IMG/VR virus record: IMGVR_UViG_3300037483_001802
Coordinates: 1-48,733 of that record
Direction: 5' to 3' (one strand)
DNA from: a virus
Taxonomy: Duplodnaviria; Caudoviricetes
DNA: 48,733 bases
Shown in pieces: positions 27,111-36,767 of this stretch. The notes under the pieces were generated by a model. The model had not been told where the DNA came from and ran no database searches. It was given only the letters and a program-made list of their open reading frames with translations. A program made the translations under genes and the position numbers. Position 1 is the first letter of the stretch. Each line of letters opens with the position of its first letter.

Positions 27111-28142
27111 ATGGCTCCTACTCTTTACTCAGATATTACCATTGTGCCGGAAGAATTCCTTCCGCACGTTATTGAATATTCTACAAGTCTTTCCGCCCTG
27201 GTTATGGCTGGAATTATCGTTCCTGACCCGGTGTTCGACGCCAAGGCAAAAGAAGGCGGCAAGCTGATTGATATGCCGTTCTGGAAGGACGTTGACCAGG
27301 ACTCTCAGGTCATTGACGATACTGTCGATACCACCATTAACCCCATTGACCAGAGCGGTGACGTTGCGGTGAAGTTGTTCCGGGAAAATGCGTGGGGTGC
27401 GTCTGATTTGTCAGCTGCAATTGCTGGTGATGATCCGGTTGATGCTCTTGCTATGATGATCGGCGGATATTGGGCGCGGGAGAATCAGCGAATTTTGCTG
27501 AAGCAACTTGATGGAGTTTTTGCCGATAACCTGGCGAATGACGGCGGCGATTTGATCCTTGATGCGTCCGTTGCGGATATCGCCAACGCAACCCCTGATA
27601 ATTACATTTCCGGCGCGGCTATAATTGACGCGAAGGCGAAACTCGGAGATGCACACGGTAAGTTGACCGCTATTGCGATGCATTCGATTCCTTATCACAA
27701 TCTGGAAAAGTTGGGCATGATCGAATATATCCAGACTGTGAATTCTGACGGGTCCACTTCCACGATGCAGGGCGCGCCGAATTTCGGGTTAAAGGGAATA
27801 CCCACCCTATTCGGCAGAATGGTGGTTGTCGATGATACTTGCCCTATGGTTGCCTGCACTGGCGGTTATCGGTATACTTCTTATCTGTTCGGTGCAGGTG
27901 CGGTTGCGAGCGGTGAGGGGTTGCCGAAGCATCCTTTCGAAATGGATCGGGTGCCTAAGCGCGGTATCACTGAGATTTACCACCGTCGTCATTTCCTTCT
28001 GCATCCGCGCGGTATCAAGTTCACCGGTGCAAGCGTTGCGAAGGCGTCGCCCACGAACGCGGAGCTTGCATTAGCCTTAAATTGGGACAGGGTGTGGGGG
28101 AAGAAGAATATCCGGATAGTTAAGATGGTAACGAACGGGTAA
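27111..28142 (+). CDS. Major capsid protein (SPP1 gp13-like)
   Basis: IVPE.F, MPFWKD, YWAR, MHS, VVDD, LHPRG, NW.RV..KNI. Confidence 0.92.
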   Translation: MAPTLYSDITIVPEEFLPHVIEYSTSLSALVMAGIIVPDPVFDAKAKEGGKLIDMPFWKDVDQDSQVIDDTVDTTINPIDQSGDVAVKLFRENAWGASDLSAAIAGDDPVDALAMMIGGYWARENQRILLKQLDGVFADNLANDGGDLILDASVADIANATPDNYISGAAIIDAKAKLGDAHGKLTAIAMHSIPYHNLEKLGMIEYIQTVNSDGSTSTMQGAPNFGLKGIPTLFGRMVVVDDTCPMVACTGGYRYTSYLFGAGAVASGEGLPKHPFEMDRVPKRGITEIYHRRHFLLHPRGIKFTGASVAKASPTNAELALALNWDRVWGKKNIRIVKMVTNG

Positions 28143-28169
28143 AAAGTAGTTTTTTGATATTAATCCGAA

Positions 28170-28207
28170 AAAACCGGGTTTTGGGTTCCACCCGAACCCG
28201 GTTTTTT
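28170..28207 (+). terminator. Rho-independent terminator after the capsid gene
   Basis: AAAACCGGGTT..AACCCGGTTTTTT. Confidence 0.85.
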
Positions 28208-28227
28208 ATTTCATATGAGGTGATTAG

Positions 28228-28788
28228 GTGAAAAAAATCACAAAGATGGCAGCGATGATGAATAACAACAATTACTTGTTGAAGTACGCGAACTTTTTTG
28301 CTGATCCGCTGTTTTCGTTGGGTGCTGCTCATCCATGGATCGCGCCTATAGGGCTAGTCGGTACTCTCGAAAGCAAATTCGCCGTTGCTGATGGTGGGAT
28401 GCTTGGTAACATGGTGACGCTTGTTCCTGGGGATTTTTTAGGCTTTGGTGGTTATCTACTTTCAGATTTGTTGCGTAGTAAAAATGTTGAGGGGAAAAAT
28501 CTTTACGTGTCGTATTGGCTCAAAGGGGTTGATGTTGAGCCTAAAGTCGGTTTCCAGATAGATGTCTTTGAGCCATTTACTCAAAGCGTATATGGCGCGG
28601 ATGAGTCAACTCCGGCTATGGCTGGCTGGACTTTAATTGAAGGGCTTTTGCATATTCCTGCTGAGCTTGGAGACATCAATATGAATATATACAGCACAAC
28701 TGTTAATCCTGTAAGCGTGTGTAACGTGACGATAAGGTTAGGGAAATCTGTTGATACTGCGGCGCAGTTTACTCTTTATAATCCGTAA
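28228..28788 (+). CDS. Hypothetical beta-rich virion protein
   Basis: GAGG RBS, position after the capsid gene. Confidence 0.55.
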   Translation: MKKITKMAAMMNNNNYLLKYANFFADPLFSLGAAHPWIAPIGLVGTLESKFAVADGGMLGNMVTLVPGDFLGFGGYLLSDLLRSKNVEGKNLYVSYWLKGVDVEPKVGFQIDVFEPFTQSVYGADESTPAMAGWTLIEGLLHIPAELGDINMNIYSTTVNPVSVCNVTIRLGKSVDTAAQFTLYNP

Positions 28789-28791
28789 TCG

Positions 28792-29121
28792 GTGATTTTT
28801 ATGCTGATTTCAAAACAGCCATATGAAGAATTCTGGATAGGCGGAGATTTCAGCGGTGAGCTGGAAGATTTAGAGGTGTTGGCTTTACCGGGTTGCGCTG
28901 TCGTTTGTTATGATAAGGACGGCAACAATCTGTCCGGGAATGCGGATACTGTCTATGATGAGTCTGAACCGTTGATTCTTTCTGCTGACAATACTCAGTT
29001 GAAATGCAGGATTAAGGGTGGTGTGGAAGCGTTATCGCCTTATAAGATTTCGTTTTTGTCGGTCACTTCTGCCGGGAATAGGTATGAAATTGACGCAGAA
29101 ATAGAGGTCGAGGACTTATAA
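28792..29121 (+). CDS. Hypothetical virion structural protein
   Basis: KQPYE..DF...Y.I...TSAG.R pattern of small Ig-like phage proteins. Confidence 0.65.
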   Translation: MIFMLISKQPYEEFWIGGDFSGELEDLEVLALPGCAVVCYDKDGNNLSGNADTVYDESEPLILSADNTQLKCRIKGGVEALSPYKISFLSVTSAGNRYEIDAEIEVEDL

Positions 29122-30513
29122 ATGAGTTGGGCAATTGTTTTCGCTGATGACCATACATGGGGGGCGCGAGGCGTGGCGCGGCAGTGTTGGCCGGAAGCGG
29201 TTGACGGGGTTGATTTCATTTTTCTGGAGTCAAGTTATCCTTCGGTCCAGTATGCGATGGGGGGATTGAGGCGTGATGTTGTCGGCGTGTGGTCTGTGTC
29301 GTCTCTTGGTAATGAAAATACGTTCGTGTTGGGGAAAACTGATTATTCAAACGCGGCGGGATTGACTGGATATACGAAGGAGGAGGTTCTTGCGGTGTTG
29401 CCTTATGGCTGGGTGGAGGAATACCAGCAGGTTCAGGAAACCAAGTATTTCAGCGCGGGAATGCGGCCAGCGAACTCTTTGTTGAGAGTGTACCCACATC
29501 ATGACAATACTTATGCGCGGGTCGAGTCTCCTGCTGCGATGCGGTTTGATTCGTATGTCGGCGCGGCGCAACCAAAATATGTGCAGGTGGTCAATTTCAG
29601 CGTGAATGATTTTGCGAGGCACGAAGTGGTGTGGGGGCAAACGTCAGGGTGCAGGTTGTCGAGGGTCACGGTTACGGATAGGGAGAATGGCAGGTTGTGG
29701 GCGTTGATTGATAGTGAATACCCTGCCATGGTCATCGGTGAGGTTTTGCTTGGCGAAACGTCCGGGGCGACGTGTGAGGTTGCGGCGGCGGGGAATCTTA
29801 CTGATTATTTCCATGAGAATAATATTCCGGATAAATCTTTCGGTCCTGGTCTTGAGTTTTGCGGGGCTGATTATTATGAGTCAGCGGCGGCACCGCGGAC
29901 TGCTGCGATGTATGGAAAATTGTTGTCTGATAATCCGGGGTGGAATTATTTTGATGCGCGGGCGGCGATCCGGCAAAGTTGTTCGTTCTACGGGGTTGGC
30001 GGTTGGCGGGAGGATGGCGGTTATGGTGTTTTTAATTGGGAAATAGCATGGTCCAAAACGCTTGACGACTTGGTGGTATTCGGACCTGTAGAGGTAAAAA
30101 TTGTCGATGGTTTTTATGTCAGCTTCTTCGATTGGGCTTCTTCCAAATTCTTGAAAACAAAAGTTGTTGCATTTGCAGATGAGCCGTCACCTGGTACTTT
30201 GTCGAGTGCTGGGGTTACGGTTTATGAGGGAGCGGGGGTTGTTTATCCGGGCGGCGGATTTGAGACGAATAGGTTTTTATTTTCAATGCCTGTTTTCGGG
30301 GAGTATTGGCTCGGTTTTTATTCGGTCAATATTGACGGCGGGGAGTCGTTTCTTGAGCCTTTTGATATTTATTTGATCACTTATAGCGAGCTTGCGCCTG
30401 TCGGAAGCGTGGTTGCTGAGATTTTGCAGCGGGGAAAGATTTTTTCAAAGAGTACATCCGGGGTGAGGATCGTTTCTTCGCCTGGCCGGTATAAAGTTTT
30501 TGAGGGTAAATAA
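29122..30513 (+). CDS. Hypothetical protein with divergent subtilase (S8)-like motifs
   Basis: SFGPGLEF, ESAAAPRTAA..LLSDNPGW...RAAIRQS, GYG. Confidence 0.55.
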   Translation: MSWAIVFADDHTWGARGVARQCWPEAVDGVDFIFLESSYPSVQYAMGGLRRDVVGVWSVSSLGNENTFVLGKTDYSNAAGLTGYTKEEVLAVLPYGWVEEYQQVQETKYFSAGMRPANSLLRVYPHHDNTYARVESPAAMRFDSYVGAAQPKYVQVVNFSVNDFARHEVVWGQTSGCRLSRVTVTDRENGRLWALIDSEYPAMVIGEVLLGETSGATCEVAAAGNLTDYFHENNIPDKSFGPGLEFCGADYYESAAAPRTAAMYGKLLSDNPGWNYFDARAAIRQSCSFYGVGGWREDGGYGVFNWEIAWSKTLDDLVVFGPVEVKIVDGFYVSFFDWASSKFLKTKVVAFADEPSPGTLSSAGVTVYEGAGVVYPGGGFETNRFLFSMPVFGEYWLGFYSVNIDGGESFLEPFDIYLITYSELAPVGSVVAEILQRGKIFSKSTSGVRIVSSPGRYKVFEGK

Positions 30514-30891
30514 ATGGGGACCTATTCACGGGATTCTGATTTTGAGCGGTACGAAAAGCGGGCGTTGGAGCTGTCCGTCACGGGCGAGTGGCGCAAAAAA
30601 CATGATATGGCGGCGGAAGATATCGATTTGAGGTTGAAGGCGAAGGGAATTGATCCTGCGTATGTCACATTGGCGGGTAAGGAGCAGTTGCGTAAGGCCT
30701 CCGTGTATCGTGCCCTTTATCATGTTTTTGATGAGGTTGCGTCAATGGGGTCTGAGATCCATACGAAGAGGCGGGACGACTATGAAAAGAAGTTTGATGA
30801 GGAGTTCGAGTTGCAGATTACGGTCGGGATTGATACGGATACTGATACAGGCGCGGCGCATGCTTCAAGAACTGTCTTGTTGGTGCGGTGA
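30514..30891 (+). CDS. Head-tail adaptor protein
   Basis: Size, position, helical pattern, C-terminal LVR. Confidence 0.65.
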   Translation: MGTYSRDSDFERYEKRALELSVTGEWRKKHDMAAEDIDLRLKAKGIDPAYVTLAGKEQLRKASVYRALYHVFDEVASMGSEIHTKRRDDYEKKFDEEFELQITVGIDTDTDTGAAHASRTVLLVR

Positions 30892-31367
30892 TGAGTGACG
30901 GAAATAAGGTTCTTGATGCGCTAAAATTGCGGTTGGAGACGATCCGGAAGGAGAACGGGTTTGCGGTCAATGTCGAGTTCGTTGACAGGCAATTCAAATG
31001 GCCTGATGAGATAGGGCAGCGGTTCCCGGCCCTTCTTGTTATCCCTGGGAGTGTTATGCCGCTTGATCGTGGGTTGCAGAGTAATAGGCAGGTTGTTGAC
31101 CGGGGCGTTTCGGTGTTCTGTTATGTATATGAGCAGCATAAGCCGTCTACTGTTTTGGAGGATTTGCAGGCTGAAGTATTGAAGGCGGTTTTCTCTGAGC
31201 CGGTGAATCTCGGCGGTGTGGTTTTTGGTCTGCGGTGGACGGGCGCGGATTCTTCAGCGTCCGCGTTTTCTGTAGTTGGTTTCAATGTCGGTTATGCGCC
31301 GCCTATCGGTGTTGCGCGGCTGGACTTTATTTTTAGGCATGAGCAAAATTTAATTGGGGGTGTGTGA
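30888..31367 (+). CDS. Tail terminator/completion protein
   Basis: L.TI...NGF, FPAL, LGG; precedes the tail tube gene. Confidence 0.7.
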   Translation: MMSDGNKVLDALKLRLETIRKENGFAVNVEFVDRQFKWPDEIGQRFPALLVIPGSVMPLDRGLQSNRQVVDRGVSVFCYVYEQHKPSTVLEDLQAEVLKAVFSEPVNLGGVVFGLRWTGADSSASAFSVVGFNVGYAPPIGVARLDFIFRHEQNLIGGV

Positions 31368-32713
31368 TGGGGCGAAAGTTTACAAATAAGATGGCAATTT
31401 TGATCGGTGCTGAGGGGGCGGGTAATTATGGAATTCCGCCCACTCCATACGATAGCACTAATTATCTCGGGTTGATTGTGTCAAGTCCGAATATCGACCC
31501 GCAGGCGGAGACGATTAAGCGCGATTATGTGCGGACTACGTTCACCAAAACCTTGGATAATATCGGGCGAAAATTGAATAACATTTCCTTTGAAACAGAA
31601 TTGAAGGGAAGCGGGAATGCAATCGCGCCGGAAAGTACTTTTTATATGCACCACCTTCTGCGTGCATGCGGGATGGTTCCCGCGTCTCTAACATGGCTTG
31701 ATTCAAATGGCGCGAACGCGGCGACGTGCGATAAGGTTTATATCATGGAAATTGTCAATGGTGATAATTGTGATGAGCTTGCGCCGTTTGAAAATGTCTG
31801 GCTGGTGCAGGATTCCGGGGGCGTGCCTGTGAATGTCAAGGCGGTTGTGCTGAGTCTTGGCAGGCGGAAGGATTCGGACGCTGATGCGGCTCATAATGAT
31901 CTGGTGGCGATTGCGGTTCCTTCTGCGTCCGTTGTTACGCTTACGGAAACGCAGGAGTTGAAACGCGATCTTGACAATGCTCCTACAGGATTGGCGATTG
32001 TTACCGCTGTATTCAGTGCTGCGGCTGTTATGTGGCGCGGCGCGGCGTTCATGCCGACATCTGATTTCCAGAAATCTGTTGATGGGTCGATCAACATGCT
32101 TTACCAGATGGACGATATCAGGCATGAGTCACCTGGGGCTCTTGGCAATATGCAGATGACCCTTGAAGACGGTTCTGTGCCGAAGCTGAATTTCAGCTTT
32201 ACCGGGTTGTGGGCTGATCCGGTTGACCTGGCGGCTATCGCTGGTATTGATTTCCCTGATTGGTCCCCTCCTTCCGTTTGCCGGTCAAACCTTATCATTG
32301 CCGATAATGGCGGGGCCGGGGTAGGGTTGACGAATGTTTTCAAGCCGAGTTTTACGAAGTTCGGCGTTGACCTGGGGGCGAAGGTTACGTTGATCCCGAA
32401 TGTGAATGCCTCAAATTGTTCTGGTGAGGTCGGCATTACGGATAGGGGGTGCACGGGCGGCGTTGACCCGCTGGTTGACGATCTGACTGTTTTTAATCCG
32501 TGGAGCACATGGGGGGCTGGAGCTGCGAAGTATATTTCTTTCTGCCTTGGTTATACAGAGAGCGGCGCGAAGGGGAATGTCGTCATGTTTTCCGCTTATG
32601 AGGCTGGATTTTCCAGCAATAAGTACCAGGACAGAAGCGGTATGGCGGCGTATGATATCGGTTTGAAGTTTTCTGGCAACGAAGATGATGAAATTGTCAT
32701 CGTTATAGGCTAA
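31364..32713 (+). CDS. Major tail tube protein with inserted domain
   Basis: YG, ISFETELKGSG, LLRACG, GALGN..PKLNFSFTG, ITDR, Y.DR.G. Confidence 0.8.
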   Translation: MMGRKFTNKMAILIGAEGAGNYGIPPTPYDSTNYLGLIVSSPNIDPQAETIKRDYVRTTFTKTLDNIGRKLNNISFETELKGSGNAIAPESTFYMHHLLRACGMVPASLTWLDSNGANAATCDKVYIMEIVNGDNCDELAPFENVWLVQDSGGVPVNVKAVVLSLGRRKDSDADAAHNDLVAIAVPSASVVTLTETQELKRDLDNAPTGLAIVTAVFSAAAVMWRGAAFMPTSDFQKSVDGSINMLYQMDDIRHESPGALGNMQMTLEDGSVPKLNFSFTGLWADPVDLAAIAGIDFPDWSPPSVCRSNLIIADNGGAGVGLTNVFKPSFTKFGVDLGAKVTLIPNVNASNCSGEVGITDRGCTGGVDPLVDDLTVFNPWSTWGAGAAKYISFCLGYTESGAKGNVVMFSAYEAGFSSNKYQDRSGMAAYDIGLKFSGNEDDEIVIVIG

Positions 32714-32715
32714 AC

Positions 32716-32733
32716 TATCATCCATGAGTGATA
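32716..32733. promoter_or_regulatory. CATG-centred operator-like palindrome
   Basis: CTATCA-TC-CATG-AG-TGATAG between tail tube and chaperone genes. Confidence 0.7.
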
Positions 32734-32756
32734 GATAAATTCTAAAGAGGTTATAG

Positions 32757-33164
32757 ATGAGAGATTTAAAAGCAAAAAACGTTTTGGAGATTGCTGACGG
32801 AATTTCAGGTGATATCCATGAGCTTCATTACCGCACCCCGACAAATCAGGAAAGGGCTGCGTATCGGGCGAGCAAGTACAAGAGGGAAGGCAATACGGTG
32901 TATTTGATGGCTCAGGAAGCAAATGTTGAGTTCGCTCTGGCTATCGTTGAAGGGTTCAAGGCGGGGACGTTCGGGATTGATGGCGAACCATTTTCCAGCG
33001 AGCCTGGTTCTGTTGGCTATCGGGAGGATTGGAAAGAGTTGCTTGCGGAAAATGCGCCTGACGTTCTTGCTGTCCTGGGGATGCAGGTATTTGAGGGGAC
33101 GCGGGTAAGTTCTGGTCCGGTCAATATCGTTATGGGGGGAAGCGAAGGGCAAGACCCTTTATAA
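32757..33164 (+). CDS. Tail assembly chaperone (gpG equivalent)
   Basis: Between tube and tape measure; ends in slippery C CCT TTA TAA. Confidence 0.85.
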   Translation: MRDLKAKNVLEIADGISGDIHELHYRTPTNQERAAYRASKYKREGNTVYLMAQEANVEFALAIVEGFKAGTFGIDGEPFSSEPGSVGYREDWKELLAENAPDVLAVLGMQVFEGTRVSSGPVNIVMGGSEGQDPL

Positions 33165-33454
33165 TTGAGCCTGAATTCAATCTTGATGAAGAAATTGAAA
33201 ACTACTTTGACGGCGGATGTACTGATGCGAGGCGAAAAAAATGCCAGGCGAACAATGGGCAGTTTTTGAAAGATGTTTGCCTGGCTTGCGAAATCAGGGA
33301 TTATCGTCCTTCCGAGTATGTTGCTTCACTTTTCGAAACGGTGAGATTGATTGAGGCTGGATTTCCATTTTCTGCTGATGCGTTTTCATTGTCATATTGG
33401 TTGGATATTGGCTTTATGAGGCTGTTTCTGAAGAAGAAATTTTCCTTTTCTTGA
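33155..33454 (+). CDS. -1 frameshift extension of the chaperone (gpGT equivalent)
   Basis: CCCTTTA at 33155-33161; -1 frame open to TGA at 33454. Confidence 0.8.
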   Translation, partial: PFIIEPEFNLDEEIENYFDGGCTDARRKKCQANNGQFLKDVCLACEIRDYRPSEYVASLFETVRLIEAGFPFSADAFSLSYWLDIGFMRLFLKKKFSFS

Positions 33455-33465
33455 TTGGGTCGTTC

Positions 33466-36357
33466 ATGAGTGAAAATAGATATCGCATTATTATTGAGGC
33501 TGATAACAAGGGTCGTCCTGTTGTCAAGCAGGCTGAGGGCGACCTTCGGCAGTTGAGCAGCCAGGCGAAGAAGACGGGGGCGGAAGCTGCCGGGTCATTT
33601 GAGCGGATGAAGGATTCTTCTGATTCTCTCTTTTCCTCTATGGGGCGGCTTGTCGGTGTTGTCGGTGTGGGGTTCGGAGTCGCGGAGATTATCCGCACCG
33701 CTGACGAATATAAGAACCTGGAAGGCCGGTTGAGTTTGGTCACTGATAGCAAGGAGGAAATGGCGGTAATCGATGCGCGACTGTTTGATATAGCACAGGA
33801 TACTCGCGTTGCTTATAGCGGCACGATTGATCTGTATGCGAGGATTGCGCGGTCCACAAAGGAGTTGAACATTGCAGATGAGGAGCGGCTCACTGTTACC
33901 GACACGATCAATAAATCTCTGATAATTTCCGGCGCGTCTGCTGAGGCTGCGAATGCTGCTCTTGTCCAGCTTGGTCAAGGGTTTGCGTCCGGGGTGTTGC
34001 GCGGGGAGGAGTTGAATTCTGTGCTTGAGCAGGCTCCAAGGCTTGCAGAGGCTATTGCCGATGGTATGGACGCTACCATCGGAGAATTAAGGGCAATGGG
34101 TGCGGAAGGTGAGCTTGTCACCAGTAAGGTAATCGGTGCGCTGGTGAGTCAGGGCGACGCGATAACCAGAGAGTTCGACAGAATGCCCAAAACGGTCGGG
34201 CAATCGTTGACGGTGCTGAATAATTCGATTGGTGCATTTATCGCCGGGACTGATCGAGCGGGCGGGTTTACCGGCATTTTGGCGGATGGGATTATTGATA
34301 TCTCCGGCGCGATTGATGAGTTGCGGGAAAACAATGACGATTTGATCAAACAGGATATGCCTGTGATGTTCCGGGGCGTGATAGATGCTGCCGTGGAATA
34401 TGCTGATGAATTGAAAATGCTTGCCGAGGTTTTGATTGTTGCGAAGGGCGCGCAACTCGCAATGAATATTGCGGTTAGCCGTAATCCTTACGTGCTTGCT
34501 GTCGGGGCGGTAGTCGTCTTAAATGAGGCGTTGAAAAAAACCGGCGAGGCACTTGGTAATAGTTTTGGCGATTTTGGCTCTATGTATCGTGCTCAGAAAG
34601 GGCTTGCTGAAGATTTATCTGAGATCTTTGATGTTCTTGCCGGCAAGCGTGATGCAAGTACCGGTGAGTTGATCCCGAAAATTGAACAGATAGAGAATCG
34701 CATTGCTTCCCTTAATGAGGAGATGGCGGCGGCTGACGCAACAGAAAAGCCGTGGTATCTCTTTTCCGTATTCCCAGATGCGCAGGCGGGGGCGGAGAAC
34801 GTCAATAGGTTGAAAGAGGAGATCGCAGAGCTTCAGGGGGTACTTGGCAGAGAGCAGATAAGCGGTTTGCAGGATATGGTTGCCGGACTTGATGCGTTCT
34901 ATGGATATACGCCGAAGAAGAAAGAGGGAAGCGTTGGGCCAAATAAAGATGATATCGAGAAGGCGAAGAAGATTGCTGAGGATTGGAAGAAGGTTGCGGA
35001 TGATCTGCAGAACGAGATGAAAACCGCTGGGCTGTCAGGTCTTGAGAAAGAACTTGCCGATATAAGTATCAAGGCCGAGAAGCTGCGGGAGAAGCCTGGG
35101 GCAGATAACGCATTGATCGACTCTTGGCGGCAACATGCTGAGGCGATTGCGGTCAGTAATGACGAAATGGGGAAAATGTCAAATCTGTCTTCTGCCGTTT
35201 CCGATGCGCATAAGTCATGGAATGAGGCTGTTGTTGCGGGGCTGTCCGAGCAAGAGCAGGCGGTTGCCAGGGTCCGGGAAGAGTTTGCGGGGCACAGGCA
35301 GGAGGCGATTGAGGGCGGCAACCTGCTTGGCAAGTCGAGTGCGGATATTAATGCGGCGATTGCTGCGTTGGATAATGCGGAGAAAAAGGCGGTTGGTGCG
35401 ATTATCTCTGATAGTAAATATGGCGGGGCAAGTCTTGATGAGTTGAAAAATAAGTATGTAGAAATCTCCAATAGCGCAATGCCTGAGTTCGAGCGAGGGC
35501 TTGCTGATATCAATGAGCAGTTTTTTGCCATGAGGGATGCTTTGCCTGGGTTGATTGATATCCCTGGCGTGACGTTTGAAAAGCTTGCGGAACTTGATGA
35601 GGAGTTGGCGAGGCGGCAGGCGGCAGCGGTTGAGTCGTATATCAATGAAAATAAAAAAATAGAAGGTTTTTGGGAAGGCGTGGAGATTGGGGCGCGTGGG
35701 TATGCCGAGGAAACGAAAAACATTTTTGAGGATGTGGCCGACGCGACGGAAAGTGCTTTTGACGGGATGACGGATGAGCTTGCGGCGTTCGTTGTTAAAG
35801 GGAAAGCGGATGTTTCCGGGTTGGTTGATTCTATCTTGATGGATCTGGCGCGTATTCAGATTCAACAGAGTATCACCGGGCCGCTATCTTCTGCGTTTAG
35901 TGGTTTCGTTCAAGGGTTATTTTCAGGGGGAACTGCTGCGGCGACGACGACAGGCACGACTACTGGGGTGTGGACGCATTCGGGCGGTGAGGTTGGTTTC
36001 GGCGGTTGGGGGAACGGCATGGCTCAGTTGCCAAGTAGTTTGTTCTATGATGCTCCGAGATTGCATAATGGCCTTGCCCCTGACGAATTCCCCGCGATCC
36101 TTCAACAGGGGGAAACGGTGTTGCCGAGGGGTGTTTCTCCAGGTGGAGGGGTTACGGTCAATGTTTATAATACCCCTGGTGCGTCTGCGAACGTTTCTGA
36201 TTCGCAAACACCTGACGGCGGGATGAGTATTGACATAATGATTGATCAGATTGAAAGCAGGATGGCTGGCAATGTCGCGGACGGCAAGGGGCAACTCACA
36301 AGGACGTTTGAAAGGACGTATGGATTAAGCCGCGCTTTCGGCGCGTATCGGGGTTAA
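33466..36357 (+). CDS. Tail tape measure protein
   Basis: QLGQGFASGVLRGEELNSVLEQAPRL, lambda-type C-terminal region, H.GG..PDE.PAILQ.GE. Confidence 0.95.
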   Translation: MSENRYRIIIEADNKGRPVVKQAEGDLRQLSSQAKKTGAEAAGSFERMKDSSDSLFSSMGRLVGVVGVGFGVAEIIRTADEYKNLEGRLSLVTDSKEEMAVIDARLFDIAQDTRVAYSGTIDLYARIARSTKELNIADEERLTVTDTINKSLIISGASAEAANAALVQLGQGFASGVLRGEELNSVLEQAPRLAEAIADGMDATIGELRAMGAEGELVTSKVIGALVSQGDAITREFDRMPKTVGQSLTVLNNSIGAFIAGTDRAGGFTGILADGIIDISGAIDELRENNDDLIKQDMPVMFRGVIDAAVEYADELKMLAEVLIVAKGAQLAMNIAVSRNPYVLAVGAVVVLNEALKKTGEALGNSFGDFGSMYRAQKGLAEDLSEIFDVLAGKRDASTGELIPKIEQIENRIASLNEEMAAADATEKPWYLFSVFPDAQAGAENVNRLKEEIAELQGVLGREQISGLQDMVAGLDAFYGYTPKKKEGSVGPNKDDIEKAKKIAEDWKKVADDLQNEMKTAGLSGLEKELADISIKAEKLREKPGADNALIDSWRQHAEAIAVSNDEMGKMSNLSSAVSDAHKSWNEAVVAGLSEQEQAVARVREEFAGHRQEAIEGGNLLGKSSADINAAIAALDNAEKKAVGAIISDSKYGGASLDELKNKYVEISNSAMPEFERGLADINEQFFAMRDALPGLIDIPGVTFEKLAELDEELARRQAAAVESYINENKKIEGFWEGVEIGARGYAEETKNIFEDVADATESAFDGMTDELAAFVVKGKADVSGLVDSILMDLARIQIQQSITGPLSSAFSGFVQGLFSGGTAAATTTGTTTGVWTHSGGEVGFGGWGNGMAQLPSSLFYDAPRLHNGLAPDEFPAILQQGETVLPRGVSPGGGVTVNVYNTPGASANVSDSQTPDGGMSIDIMIDQIESRMAGNVADGKGQLTRTFERTYGLSRAFGAYRG

Positions 36358-36362
36358 ATATT

Positions 36363-36767
36363 ATGGCTGATTATCCTGGAATTTTACCGCTTAATCTTGC
36401 GCCTGGGATGACGGTTGAGCCTGATGACCCGGTTGCTCGGACCACGTGGGATCAGGGGCCTAGCAGGTCAAGAAATTTGTTCACCTGTGCGCCTACCATG
36501 GTTAGTGTTACGTGGCGGTATAGTAGGCTGCAGCATGAGATTTTCGAGGCGTGGCACAGGTATAAGATCCACAATGGTGCTGATTGGTTCGGCGTGTGGT
36601 TGGTTCTTGCGTCGGGATCGGGAAAGGTTTTCTATCAGGCGAAATTCAAAAAAATGTGGAAGTCGAAAACGGTTAATGATTCGTGCGTGATGTGGGATGT
36701 TTCGGCGGTGCTTGAAATATCGGATAGAATTTTCATGAGTGAAACAACTTTGGATACCTACTTATGA
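36363..36767 (+). CDS. Distal tail protein (gpM-like)
   Basis: Follows the tape measure; RT..GP.R.R, FEAW..GADWF. Confidence 0.8.
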   Translation: MADYPGILPLNLAPGMTVEPDDPVARTTWDQGPSRSRNLFTCAPTMVSVTWRYSRLQHEIFEAWHRYKIHNGADWFGVWLVLASGSGKVFYQAKFKKMWKSKTVNDSCVMWDVSAVLEISDRIFMSETTLDTYL

